DNA from: an uncultured Mycoplasmatota bacterium
Lineage (GTDB): Bacteria > Bacillota_I > Bacilli_A > RF39 > UBA660
Assembly: GCA_945919295.1 (NCBI GenBank)
Contig: CAMEJC010000003.1
Span: 1-49,951, forward strand
Direction: 5' to 3'
Length of the DNA stretch: 49,951 bases
Part shown: positions 38,891 to 47,895 of the stretch, in pieces
Numbering within the stretch: position 1 is the first letter of the stretch
Layout of the letters: every line of letters begins with the position of its first letter
The notes under the pieces: generated by a model
The model's input: the letters and a program-made list of their open reading frames with translations, nothing else
What the model was told of the DNA's origin: nothing
Databases searched by the model: none
Translations under genes and position numbers: made by a program

Positions 38891-40313
38891 AAAAATAGAT
38901 CAATATTTGAAATATATTTATTATTCAAGTCATGATTTAAATAATATGTATACCATTCTTGCACGTCTAAATCAAAATAATAATAGTTATGAATGGCTAA
39001 ATAATAGTCTTATCAATGAACAAATATCTATTAAAAATAATTATGTTCCTAATACAAGAGGATATGTATTTCCTTATGAAAGTTGGATAGGTTTAAACGT
39101 GAAAAGTGGTAAATCTTTTGAAGAATTTATAAATGATGTGAAAAAAAAATCAATTAAAATATATGTTTCTTTAGATAGAACAAAAGTTAAAGAAACAACT
39201 GATAAAATATTTAAATTTTTATCTGATAATAATATTGAATGTCAGAGTGAAATAGGAAAAAATCTTAGAGTAGATACTTTGACCATTAGAGTTTGTAATA
39301 AAGAAGACGTTAACAAAGTAATTAACTTCATAAATGATATGGATTATACTCCTAATGTATTTCCTAATCCTTTTCTAATGAATATGGGAAAAGTAAGTAT
39401 AGCAAGAGATGGCGGTATATTATCTTATAATCAAGTGTTATCTAATTATATAAGTGATTATTTCTATTATAATACGAGTTATAATGAAAATCATAATGAT
39501 TGGAAGGATGTAAATTGTGCTGATTTCATTAAATTTCTTGAAAAAAAATTATTAGATATAAATAAAGAAAAAGAACCTGATTTATACATGATAACAGATA
39601 TAATTTGTCGAAATGCAAGTGGTACTTTAACATTAGAAGATATACTTAATTATGGTGAAATTAAAGAAAAAACTACCACATATAGTTATAATAAAGAATT
39701 TAGTAGTAATATAGATAAAAGCGAAGAATATAAAATTTTAATTACAAAATTATCTGATTATTATGATAGCCATAGAGAATATATGATTAATGAAAGAAAA
39801 GAAATCTATGATAATGGTATTGATTATGCACATGCTGTGATAGAAAACTATTTGAGAACAGGTAATATTGGTTTTTTTACTAGAAAGCATGGAAATATTA
39901 GAGATTTTGTTCAAAAAAATTTTGATGTTTATACAATGAGAACAACTGTTAATAATATAGGATGGAATAGTATAATAGAAGCTTCAAAACAAACTATTCT
40001 AAAATATAATAGTACAACAAATATTACCGGAAAATCTAATGAAAAAGGTATTATTGAAAGGATATTTAGAGGGGAATATAAGTTAGAAAACGGTCAAGGT
40101 ATTTTCAATTTATTTACTAATAATAATAATGCCAGAAGCCGTTTAGGATATTTAATTTCACCAAGCATGGCTAGGAATATATTAATTAGCAGATTAAATA
40201 TTGATCCATATAACTATAATCCCACTTATAATGAATTGGAAAATAATATATCAGAGATTATAAATGTAATTTTAGAAGAACTTTCCTTATCAAGAAATAG
40301 CAAGATAATTTGA
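38883..40313 (+). CDS. Hypothetical soluble protein, possible HopA1-like N-terminal domain
   Basis: Long ORF without a signal peptide; IKIYVSLD...RVDTLTIRV segment; ATG 38883 preferred. Confidence 0.7.
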   Translation: MSKKIDQYLKYIYYSSHDLNNMYTILARLNQNNNSYEWLNNSLINEQISIKNNYVPNTRGYVFPYESWIGLNVKSGKSFEEFINDVKKKSIKIYVSLDRTKVKETTDKIFKFLSDNNIECQSEIGKNLRVDTLTIRVCNKEDVNKVINFINDMDYTPNVFPNPFLMNMGKVSIARDGGILSYNQVLSNYISDYFYYNTSYNENHNDWKDVNCADFIKFLEKKLLDINKEKEPDLYMITDIICRNASGTLTLEDILNYGEIKEKTTTYSYNKEFSSNIDKSEEYKILITKLSDYYDSHREYMINERKEIYDNGIDYAHAVIENYLRTGNIGFFTRKHGNIRDFVQKNFDVYTMRTTVNNIGWNSIIEASKQTILKYNSTTNITGKSNEKGIIERIFRGEYKLENGQGIFNLFTNNNNARSRLGYLISPSMARNILISRLNIDPYNYNPTYNELENNISEIINVILEELSLSRNSKII

Positions 40314-40424
40314 TAAAAAACATCAAGTCAAATAAAAAAATATTTTTGTCTGATAATGTAGAAGTTAATAGAGCTAATTTTAAAAAGATGGTATAAATTA
40401 ACAATATTTTTATGCCATCTTTTT

Positions 40425-40512
40425 TTGACAAAATTCACTATTTATGATAAAATTATATTTACAAAAAAAGAAGTTCTTTTTAATTGACAAAATATTTATT
40501 TTTTGAGATAAT
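40425..40512 (+). promoter_or_regulatory. Tandem sigmaA promoters upstream of gpsB-rnpB
   Basis: TTGACA(40425)-17-TAAAAT and TTGACA(40484)-17-GATAAT, both with TGn extension. Confidence 0.65.
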
Positions 40513-40532
40513 TTTAATATAGAGGTGATTGT

Positions 40533-40859
40533 ATGTACAAGGATAAAATTACTTTGACAATGCAAGATATTTTGGAAAAAGAATTCAAAATAGATGCCCG
40601 TGGTTACAGACTTCAAGAAGTAGATAAATTTTTAGATATTATCATAAAAGATTATAACGAATATAATAATATAATAAGAAATTTAGAAAAAGATAAAAAA
40701 TTACTAATTGAAGAAAATAGTGCTCTTCGCAATGAAGTGAGAAATCTAAAATCAAGTATTGAAGCCGCTAAAATAGGTGAAAAAGAAATAACAAATGTCG
40801 ATTTATTAAGAAGAATATCACAACTAGAAAAAATAATTTTAGGAAAAGAGCAACAATAA
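40533..40859 (+). CDS. gpsB: Cell division regulator GpsB (DivIVA domain)
   Basis: DILEKEFK...RGY...EVDKFLD and TNVDLLRRISQLEK; adjacent to rnpB as in Bacillus. Confidence 0.9.
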   Translation: MYKDKITLTMQDILEKEFKIDARGYRLQEVDKFLDIIIKDYNEYNNIIRNLEKDKKLLIEENSALRNEVRNLKSSIEAAKIGEKEITNVDLLRRISQLEKIILGKEQQ

Positions 40860-41203
40860 TTTATCTGGGTAAATGCTGCATATAAATATGTAGAGGAAAG
40901 TCCATGCTCGCACTATCTGCGATGATAGTAGTGTTTGTGCTTAGGGAAAAAATAACCTAAGGCAGGAAACTGACGGCTTTTATTTTATCTAAGGGAAACT
41001 ATGATAAAGTAGATATAAAAGTGCCACAGAAACGAGTCTATTAAGAAATTAGTAGAATGAAACGAGGTAAACCCCACAAGCGAGAAACCCAAATTATGGT
41101 AGGGGAATTCCCAATGAAGAAATGAATTCAAAGGGAAATGACAATAGTCATAGATAAATATTTACCGCCTAGCAATAGGTACAGAACATGGCTTATAAGA
41201 TTA
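40857..41203 (+). ncRNA. rnpB: RNase P RNA, type B
   Basis: GAGGAAAGTCCATG (40893), AGTGCCACAGAAACG, GGTAAACCCC and ACAGAACATGGCTTA (41181); ends approximate. Confidence 0.93.
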
Positions 41204-41222
41204 ATTATTAATAAGGAGAATT

Positions 41223-41693
41223 ATGAAAAATATTGGACTTAAGTTAAAAGAAAAAAGAGAACAAAATGGGTTATCTATTGAAGAAGTAGCAGAAGATTTA
41301 AAAATGAGACCTACGCAAATATCAAGTATTGAAGAAGGAAAAACAGAGGATTTTAAAGACGTTTTTTATCTAAAATACTTTATTAGAGATTATGCAAAAT
41401 ATCTAGGACTAGATAGTGAAAAAATACTTGACGAATTTAATGAATATCTATTTGATGTAACATCAAAGATACCCGTTGATGTAATAAATCAAGCAAAAAA
41501 AGAAAGAAAAGAAGATAATAATAAACAATCTTCACCATATACCAAAGAAGTAAAGAAAAAATTAAAAATTTCTAAAATAATTATTGGATTAATAATAGTA
41601 ATTATCATAATAATAGTAGGTTATATAATATTAAGTAATCATAAAGGAAATGATTTTAGTGACAACAATATAACATATAGTATAAGGAGATAA
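41223..41693 (+). CDS. rodZ: RodZ-like HTH membrane protein (short, lacks the large extracellular domain)
   Basis: IGLKLKEKRE HTH, FIRDYAKYLGLD and one TM; upstream of pgsA. Confidence 0.75.
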   Translation: MKNIGLKLKEKREQNGLSIEEVAEDLKMRPTQISSIEEGKTEDFKDVFYLKYFIRDYAKYLGLDSEKILDEFNEYLFDVTSKIPVDVINQAKKERKEDNNKQSSPYTKEVKKKLKISKIIIGLIIVIIIIIVGYIILSNHKGNDFSDNNITYSIRR

Positions 41694-41698
41694 TAGGA

Positions 41699-42292
41699 AT
41701 GAATAAAGCAAACAAAATAACAATTTCAAGAATAATATTATCATTGATAATAATTACAATATTACTATTTCCCTTCGATGAAGTAGGATTAGAATTTCCA
41801 ACATACATATTAAATGGAAATATAGTGATTGATTTAAAATATATAATAGTAGGAATTTTATTTATAATAGCATCACTTACTGATTTCTTTGATGGATATA
41901 TAGCAAGAAAGTATAATATGGTAACTGATTTTGGTAAAATGGTAGATGCCATATCAGATAAATTACTTACTAATTCAGTATTAATAATATTAGCTTGTGA
42001 TGGAAAAATTTCCACTATTGTAACAGTCATAATTGTTATGCGTGACATCATTGTCGATTCTATTAAAATGGTAGTAGGAAATAAAGGTGCTGCAGTTGCA
42101 GCTATAAAAATAGCCAAAGTAAAGACCGCCACTCTTATGACAGGTATTGTCTTAACTTTATTCTATAATCTACCATTTGAATTGATTCCATTAAGAGTAT
42201 CTGATTTCTTACTAGCATTAGCAGCAGTCCTATCCATAATATCAGGAATTAAATACTATATGATGGCAAAGCCATATTTACAAGATAAATAA
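41699..42292 (+). CDS. pgsA: CDP-diacylglycerol--glycerol-3-phosphate 3-phosphatidyltransferase
   Basis: TDFFDGYIARKYNMVTDFGKMVDAISDK CDP-alcohol phosphotransferase motif. Confidence 0.94.
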   Translation: MNKANKITISRIILSLIIITILLFPFDEVGLEFPTYILNGNIVIDLKYIIVGILFIIASLTDFFDGYIARKYNMVTDFGKMVDAISDKLLTNSVLIILACDGKISTIVTVIIVMRDIIVDSIKMVVGNKGAAVAAIKIAKVKTATLMTGIVLTLFYNLPFELIPLRVSDFLLALAAVLSIISGIKYYMMAKPYLQDK

Positions 42293-42327
42293 TACTTTAA
42301 CAGTATTATTTATTTTTTACAAAAAAG

Positions 42328-42378
42328 CGAACAAATGTATCAAAAGGTATTGACAACAAAAAAAAATTATTGTACAAT
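42328..42378 (+). promoter_or_regulatory. recA promoter with imperfect LexA (SOS) box
   Basis: CGAACAAATGTATC at 42328-42341; TTGACA(42350)-17-TACAAT(42373). Confidence 0.55.
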
Positions 42379-42418
42379 TATAATGTAATTAAGGAAAGCG
42401 TAAGAAAGAGAGGAAAGC

Positions 42419-43459
42419 ATGGCAAAAAATACAGAAAAAGACACTGCACTAGCTCAAGTTTTAGCAGACATTGAAAAACAATTTGGTAAAGGTGCAATAA
42501 TGAAATTAGGAGAACAAGAACATAAAGAAGTAGAAGTATCTCCTAGTGGATCATTAAGTTTAGATATAGCGTTAGGAGTAGGTGGATATCCAAAAGGAAG
42601 AATAATTGAAATATATGGACCAGAATCTTCTGGTAAAACAACATTTGCTCTTCATGCTATTGCAGAAGTTCAAAAGACAGGAGGAAGAGCAGCATTTATT
42701 GATGCAGAACATTCATTAGATCCTGTTTATGCTCATAATTTAGGAGTTAATACTGATGAATTACTATTATCACAACCAGATACTGGTGAACAAGCCTTAG
42801 AAATATGTGATGCTTTAGTTAAAAGTGAAGCAGTATCTATAATTGTAATAGATTCAGTAGCAGCCTTGGTACCACAAGCTGAAATTGATGGTGAAATGGG
42901 AGATTCTCATGTTGGTCTTCAAGCTAGACTAATGAGTCAAGCATTAAGAAAATTATCAGGTTCTATTAACAAAACTAAGACAATAGTTATTTTTATTAAT
43001 CAATTAAGAGAAAAAGTTGGTATAATGTTCGGAAATCCAGAAACAACTCCTGGTGGTAAAGCACTTAAATACTATTCATCGGTTAGGTTAGATATCAGAA
43101 GAGGAGAACAGTTAAAACAAGGATCTGACGTTATAGGAAATAAAACAACAGTCAAAGTTGTAAAAAATAAAGTAGCACCACCATTTAAAACAGCTATTGT
43201 TGATATCATGTATGGAGAAGGAGTATCAAAAGAAGGAGAAATTCTTGATTTGGCTTCTGAAGTTGGTATTGTTGAAAAAAGTGGTGCATGGTATGCATAT
43301 AAAGGAAATAAAATAGGTCAAGGAAAAGAAAATGCTAAAATCTATTTAAAAGAAAATATCAAGATAAGAGATGAAATAGAGAAGTTAGTAAGAGAACACT
43401 ACGACATCTCTAACGATAAAAAAGATGCAAAAAAAGTAAAAAAAGAAGTTGAGGAATAA
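42419..43459 (+). CDS. recA: Recombinase RecA
   Basis: [33 protein letters not shown] and VKNKVAPPF. Confidence 0.99.
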   Translation: MAKNTEKDTALAQVLADIEKQFGKGAIMKLGEQEHKEVEVSPSGSLSLDIALGVGGYPKGRIIEIYGPESSGKTTFALHAIAEVQKTGGRAAFIDAEHSLDPVYAHNLGVNTDELLLSQPDTGEQALEICDALVKSEAVSIIVIDSVAALVPQAEIDGEMGDSHVGLQARLMSQALRKLSGSINKTKTIVIFINQLREKVGIMFGNPETTPGGKALKYYSSVRLDIRRGEQLKQGSDVIGNKTTVKVVKNKVAPPFKTAIVDIMYGEGVSKEGEILDLASEVGIVEKSGAWYAYKGNKIGQGKENAKIYLKENIKIRDEIEKLVREHYDISNDKKDAKKVKKEVEE

Positions 43460-43503
43460 TAAAATATTCCTTTTTTCTTCTGCATATGTTAAAATATAGG
43501 TAG

Positions 43504-44436
43504 GTGATCAATTTGAAAAAATGTTTAGTAGTATACAATCCTAATTCGGGTAAATATAATAAAGAAGAAACATTACCTAAAATAAAAAAAATATTAGAAG
43601 AATATAACTACGATGTTGAAATTAAAGAAACAGAATATAAAGGACATGCCACTTCTATCGCGGAAAATACTCCTCATTGTGAGTTACTTATATCAATTGG
43701 AGGAGATGGTACATTTAATGAAGTGATGACCGGTAATTTTAAAAGAAAAGATCGAATAACCTTATGTCACTTACCATCAGGTACTACCAATGATATTGGT
43801 GCCATGTGGGGTTATGGTAAAAATATTCTAAATAACTTAAAATTAGCTCTAAATGGTGAAGTAAAAAGAATAGATATATGTACTATTAATAATAGACCTT
43901 TTGTTTATTCAGCAGGTTTTGGTAAATTTATGAATATTCCTTATGAAACACCAAGAGAATTAAAAAAAAGATTAGGACATCTAGCTTATATAAAAGAAGG
44001 AATAAAAGATTTCTTTAGAAAAGTTAAATTATATGATATTAGTTATGAAATAAATGGTGAAAAATATCGTGGACTTTTTTCCTTTGCCCTTATAACTAAT
44101 GCTAATAGAGTAGCGGGTATAAATAATTTCTATAAAGACATAAAATTAAATGATAACAAATTTGAAATATTAATGTGTAATATAACCAAATTTAAAGATA
44201 TAGTTAAAACATTATATTTCTTTGCTATTTACGATGCAAGTAAAATACCAGGATTTTACTTCTATAAAACAGATAATCTAAAAATAAAATTCAATAGTCC
44301 AGTAAAAAAACCACTTTGTATTGATGGCGAATCACTAGATGATTTAAGTGGCGATTATAATATAAAAATAGATCATGATGTTTATGTTTTAATGCCATCA
44401 AAAAATATCAATAGTCTATTCATAAAAGAAAAATAG
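43504..44436 (+). CDS. Diacylglycerol/lipid kinase family protein (YegS/DagK)
   Basis: NPNSG, GGDGTFNEV, PSGTTND and IDGE. Confidence 0.9.
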   Translation: MINLKKCLVVYNPNSGKYNKEETLPKIKKILEEYNYDVEIKETEYKGHATSIAENTPHCELLISIGGDGTFNEVMTGNFKRKDRITLCHLPSGTTNDIGAMWGYGKNILNNLKLALNGEVKRIDICTINNRPFVYSAGFGKFMNIPYETPRELKKRLGHLAYIKEGIKDFFRKVKLYDISYEINGEKYRGLFSFALITNANRVAGINNFYKDIKLNDNKFEILMCNITKFKDIVKTLYFFAIYDASKIPGFYFYKTDNLKIKFNSPVKKPLCIDGESLDDLSGDYNIKIDHDVYVLMPSKNINSLFIKEK

Positions 44437-44440
44437 TATT

Positions 44441-44825
44441 TTAGTTAAAGGCTATTTCTACATCGATATTTTCATCTAAAACTACTATTGATAAAAATAT
44501 AATTCCACTTATTAATACTAACAATGTCCCTATAAAAGAGTCATAAGTTAGTATTTTTTTCTTTTCACTATCAGTAATATTTAAATTTTTAAAATTATTA
44601 TAACTTTGCTTAGTGAAATGATAATAGATAATAACTAATATAGTAAATATTAATATCATAATATTTTGATAATCTTGTCTACTTTTTTCATCATTAAATA
44701 ATAAATAATAAATAATTTACTTCTTTAAAATTAGCATAATAACTTAATATTATTATCCCAATATAAATTATCCATATAAAATTTTCTTCTTTTATTTCAT
44801 TTAATTTTTCTAATCTATCTTCCAT
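44441..44825 (-). pseudogene. Three-TM membrane protein frameshifted by an extra 7-bp tandem repeat unit
   Basis: (AAATAAT)x3 at 44696-44716; removing one unit fuses MEDRLEK... with ...MILIFT into a single 125-aa ORF. Confidence 0.75.
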
Positions 44826-44880
44826 AATATATATTATTAAATAATAATTAGTTTTATAAGTTTTTATATTACAGTTACTC

Positions 44881-44947
44881 AAATAAAAGCAAGTTAGACG
44901 CATCCAACTTGCTCAGGTGTAGTCCGAAGACATTCACCGCCATTCAC
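44881..44947 (-). ncRNA. Putative small structured RNA, candidate AbiF antitoxin
   Basis: Own promoter TTGCAT(44982-44977)-17-TATATT(44959-44954); hairpin GGUG-AAU-GUC-UUCG-GAC-UA-CACC; terminator AGCAAGUUGGA/UCUAACUUGCU plus U-run. Confidence 0.65.
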
Positions 44948-44990
44948 ATTTATAATATACCATAATTAGTAAAATTATGCAATATATATG

Positions 44991-45965
44991 CTATTTTTTT
45001 ATATAATTTCGTAAAGAGTTTAATTTTATCTTATTATTTGTATAAATAACTTGATTATAAATGTTTATTGAAATCTTACTTCTAAATTCTTCTGCGAGTT
45101 TTTCAAAATCATTTATAAATCTATTGATTTCAGTTTTTGGAAGTCCATAACTTTTTAGCAAAAATGAAATCAAGATAATATAATCAGTTATAGTATTGAA
45201 ATCTATATTTTGACAACCAATTTCATTTTCTAAAAACTTGCATAATGAACTTGCAACTTTATTATCTTTAAATCTTACATCAAATACTACATCATTATGA
45301 GCAATAGAATTTCTTAACGCTTTTATTAAATACATTATTTTTTCTGGAAACAATGCGTTCGTATCATACGCTCTATTAATATTCATTTGTCTAGCTATTT
45401 TTAATCTTACACTTAATTCTAAACTTTTTATTAAATCAGCAAATACACCTAAAGTAATTATTTCAAAAATTCCCCACAATGGTACATAACGATCTTTTGA
45501 ATAAAAATGACTAACTATTTTATTTCCATTACTATAACATTTTGATAATGAAGAATATATATTATTTTGAACTTTAATGCGATGTTTCATTTTTTCTTTA
45601 TATTCATTATCATTTTTATAATTTCTATAATCAGTCATACCGTATTCATATACATCATTAAAGTTATCAGTTTTATATTCTTCAACTAAAGTTTGTAAAA
45701 CGCAATTTTTAGAAATAGTTTCTATTTGCATTATTTGTGAATATAATAAACTTTTTAATTTAGTATCAAAATCAATAATAGAAACTATTTCATCAAAACT
45801 AGTTAATGTTATTCTGTTTTTAGGATTTTTAATATATCTATAACCTTTGTATCCGTGATAATATCCAATATTCCTTAAATTCTTTTTATCTTTTGAACCA
45901 TCAATAGAAATATTATGTTGCTCTCTTAAATATTTCATTAATGCATTAGTTGTTTTTACTTTCAT
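44991..45965 (-). CDS. Abi family (AbiD/AbiF, Abi_2) HEPN ribonuclease
   Basis: LRNIGYY, FDTKLK...IE, VPLWGIFEIITLG and HEPN Rx4H motif RNSIAH. Confidence 0.87.
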   Translation of the reverse strand: MKVKTTNALMKYLREQHNISIDGSKDKKNLRNIGYYHGYKGYRYIKNPKNRITLTSFDEIVSIIDFDTKLKSLLYSQIMQIETISKNCVLQTLVEEYKTDNFNDVYEYGMTDYRNYKNDNEYKEKMKHRIKVQNNIYSSLSKCYSNGNKIVSHFYSKDRYVPLWGIFEIITLGVFADLIKSLELSVRLKIARQMNINRAYDTNALFPEKIMYLIKALRNSIAHNDVVFDVRFKDNKVASSLCKFLENEIGCQNIDFNTITDYIILISFLLKSYGLPKTEINRFINDFEKLAEEFRSKISINIYNQVIYTNNKIKLNSLRNYIKK

Positions 45966-45993
45966 AGATATATTTCCTCCTTCTTTAAACCAT

Positions 45994-46520
45994 TTAATTT
46001 TTATCGTTAGTTTTAACTAAAATTTTCTTTTTTGGTACAAATTCTAATTCCCATTGTCCAGGTCTTAATTCATGCATTTGTTTGCAAAACTGAATTTCAT
46101 CCCATATTCTATCAGTAGTTACTTTATCTCCATAGAATTTTAATAACATCTCATAAGTATATTCATACAAGCCAATTTTTTTAAATAATGATACAGGGTT
46201 ATCTTTAAAGTTTGCTGAATCATTAACGATTCCCCACTCCCATCGCTCTAAATACTCATCATATGTTTCATCGTCACACCAAAAATCCATAATTAATTTT
46301 TGTTTTTCTTCTAAAAACCAATTTGGATTTCTTAAAATATGATATCTAATATCAAATTCTCCTGCTCCTGTGCTTGTGTTTGGCTTAATGTAGAAAACAT
46401 ATAGTTCATATATTGTGAATCTGATTTTTGACCAATTGGATTTATACATCCATCAATATTAATAAAAGTAGTATTATCATTGCTTATACCCATATCATCT
46501 AATTTTTCTATATCAACCAT
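45994..46520 (-). pseudogene. Frameshifted hypothetical gene (fragments 46332-46520 and 45994-46449)
   Basis: Strong SD GGGAGG at ATG 46520; frame switch near 46330-46345 (GATATCATATTTTAAGA); span of 527 bp is not a multiple of 3. Confidence 0.6.
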
Positions 46521-46670
46521 ATTTATACCTCCCTTTATTAATTATTTATTATAACATACTTTTATTGAATATTTACATTTTATTATTAATATTTTTAGGA
46601 TTTAAAAGGTGGAAGTTCTTTTACACACGCTAATTGATATGTCAATTTGCAAGTGTGTTTCTAAAATGAC

Positions 46671-46704
46671 AAAAGATATCAGATTTTTATTTCTGATATC
46701 TTTT
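46671..46704 (-). terminator. Terminator downstream of tmRNA
   Basis: 13-bp inverted repeat AAAAGATATCAGA / TCTGATATCTTTT. Confidence 0.7.
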
Positions 46705-46747
46705 ATATTTTAATCTCAAACATAAAAGTTCGGGTTTCCTATCAATC

Positions 46748-47105
46748 TGGTGGAGCTGAGGGGATTCGAACCCCTGTCCGCAAATAAAGTTATTTAACCT
46801 TCTACAAGATTATTAAGCTATCAGTTTCGTAAAGTGAGTAGTCAGCTTACTAACATAATCACTTACTAGTTTATTGTTATTCATTATGAAGTCTAAACAA
46901 AAATCATAATATAGTCTGCTTTATAAGTCCTATCTAATTCTCACAGACAAAGAATTAGTAGAACCTGTTGCTACCTTAAAGATTAGGCATAAGCAACAGC
47001 GTTTTTATAGCTGTTTCCAGTTATGTTTAATTTATCTTCTTTACGCGAAGATTCACGTCTTGCTAGTTAAACACTAATATTTTCGTCGAAGCCAAAAACA
47101 GCCCC
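46748..47105 (-). ncRNA. ssrA: tmRNA; tag peptide (A)GNSYKNAVAYA
   Basis: 5' GGGGCTG, 3' GGTTCGAATCCCCTCAGCTCCACCA, G3-U70 pair; tag ORF 47018-46983 after ATAACT; promoter TTGACA(47146)-17-TAAAAT. Confidence 0.96.
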
Positions 47106-47222
47106 ATTACACATATAATTTTATCAAACAATTGTTCATTTGTCAATTTTTTATTTAAAAATCATTGTAATATTTAAAAAATTAATGTATAATTACATTA
47201 GAATAAAATAGGAGCGTTAATT

Positions 47223-47891
47223 ATGGATTCTAATATTGAAAATAAAAATTACTTTGGTGTTAGACATTACAAGGTAAAAGTAGTAAAAGAAAAAATAAGA
47301 CCATTACAATTTATTTCTAGTGTTATATCCTATGCATTATTTATCTGGTTATTACTAATTGGATTAACACTAGTAGTTTATATAGTAGATATAAAAGTAC
47401 GAGCTGCTAAAGGAGATAATACACCACCTGAATATAATGCCTATGTTGTATTAACAGGTTCAATGGTTCCCGAAATAATGCCTAAAGATGTTGTTATAAC
47501 CAAAAAAAGAGATCCAAAAGATCTCGAAGTAGGAGATATTATAACTTTCTTATCATCTGATAGTAGATTATCAAATATTATAGTTACCCATAGAATAAAA
47601 AATAAATATTATGATGCCACTACCGGTAGATATAGTTTTCAAACTCAAGGAGATGCCAATAATACAGAAGATTTCGCTCTAGCAGAAGATACTAATATCA
47701 TTGGGGAAGTAATCTTTAAAATACCAAAATTAGGTTATATCCAAGAAATATTAGCTACAAAAGGTGGATTAATAATTATTGTATTAATACCATGTTTAGC
47801 AATACTTTCTTATGATATTGTTAAATTAGGAAGAAATATTAAGAATAAATCAAAAAAAGAAAAGAGTAGATTAACCGTAGTAAGAAGGTGA
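47223..47891 (+). CDS. Signal peptidase I, SipW/ER-type (S26B)
   Basis: VLTGSMVP catalytic Ser, THRI His, TQGDANN; promoter TTGTAA-17-TATAAT at 47165-47193. Confidence 0.88.
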   Translation: MDSNIENKNYFGVRHYKVKVVKEKIRPLQFISSVISYALFIWLLLIGLTLVVYIVDIKVRAAKGDNTPPEYNAYVVLTGSMVPEIMPKDVVITKKRDPKDLEVGDIITFLSSDSRLSNIIVTHRIKNKYYDATTGRYSFQTQGDANNTEDFALAEDTNIIGEVIFKIPKLGYIQEILATKGGLIIIVLIPCLAILSYDIVKLGRNIKNKSKKEKSRLTVVRR

Positions 47892-47895
47892 TAAA

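Noticed and set aside
41656-42132. 158-aa antisense ORF over pgsA
   Set aside because: Shadow of a confident housekeeping gene.
44826-44880. attR copy of the tmRNA 3' end bounding the Abi islet
   Set aside because: No match to TGGTGGAGCTGAGGGG could be found by eye.
46748-46775. tRNA-Ala-like T-arm and CCA end
   Set aside because: It is the tRNA-like 3' domain of tmRNA; the matching 5' end at 47105 and the tag ORF are present.
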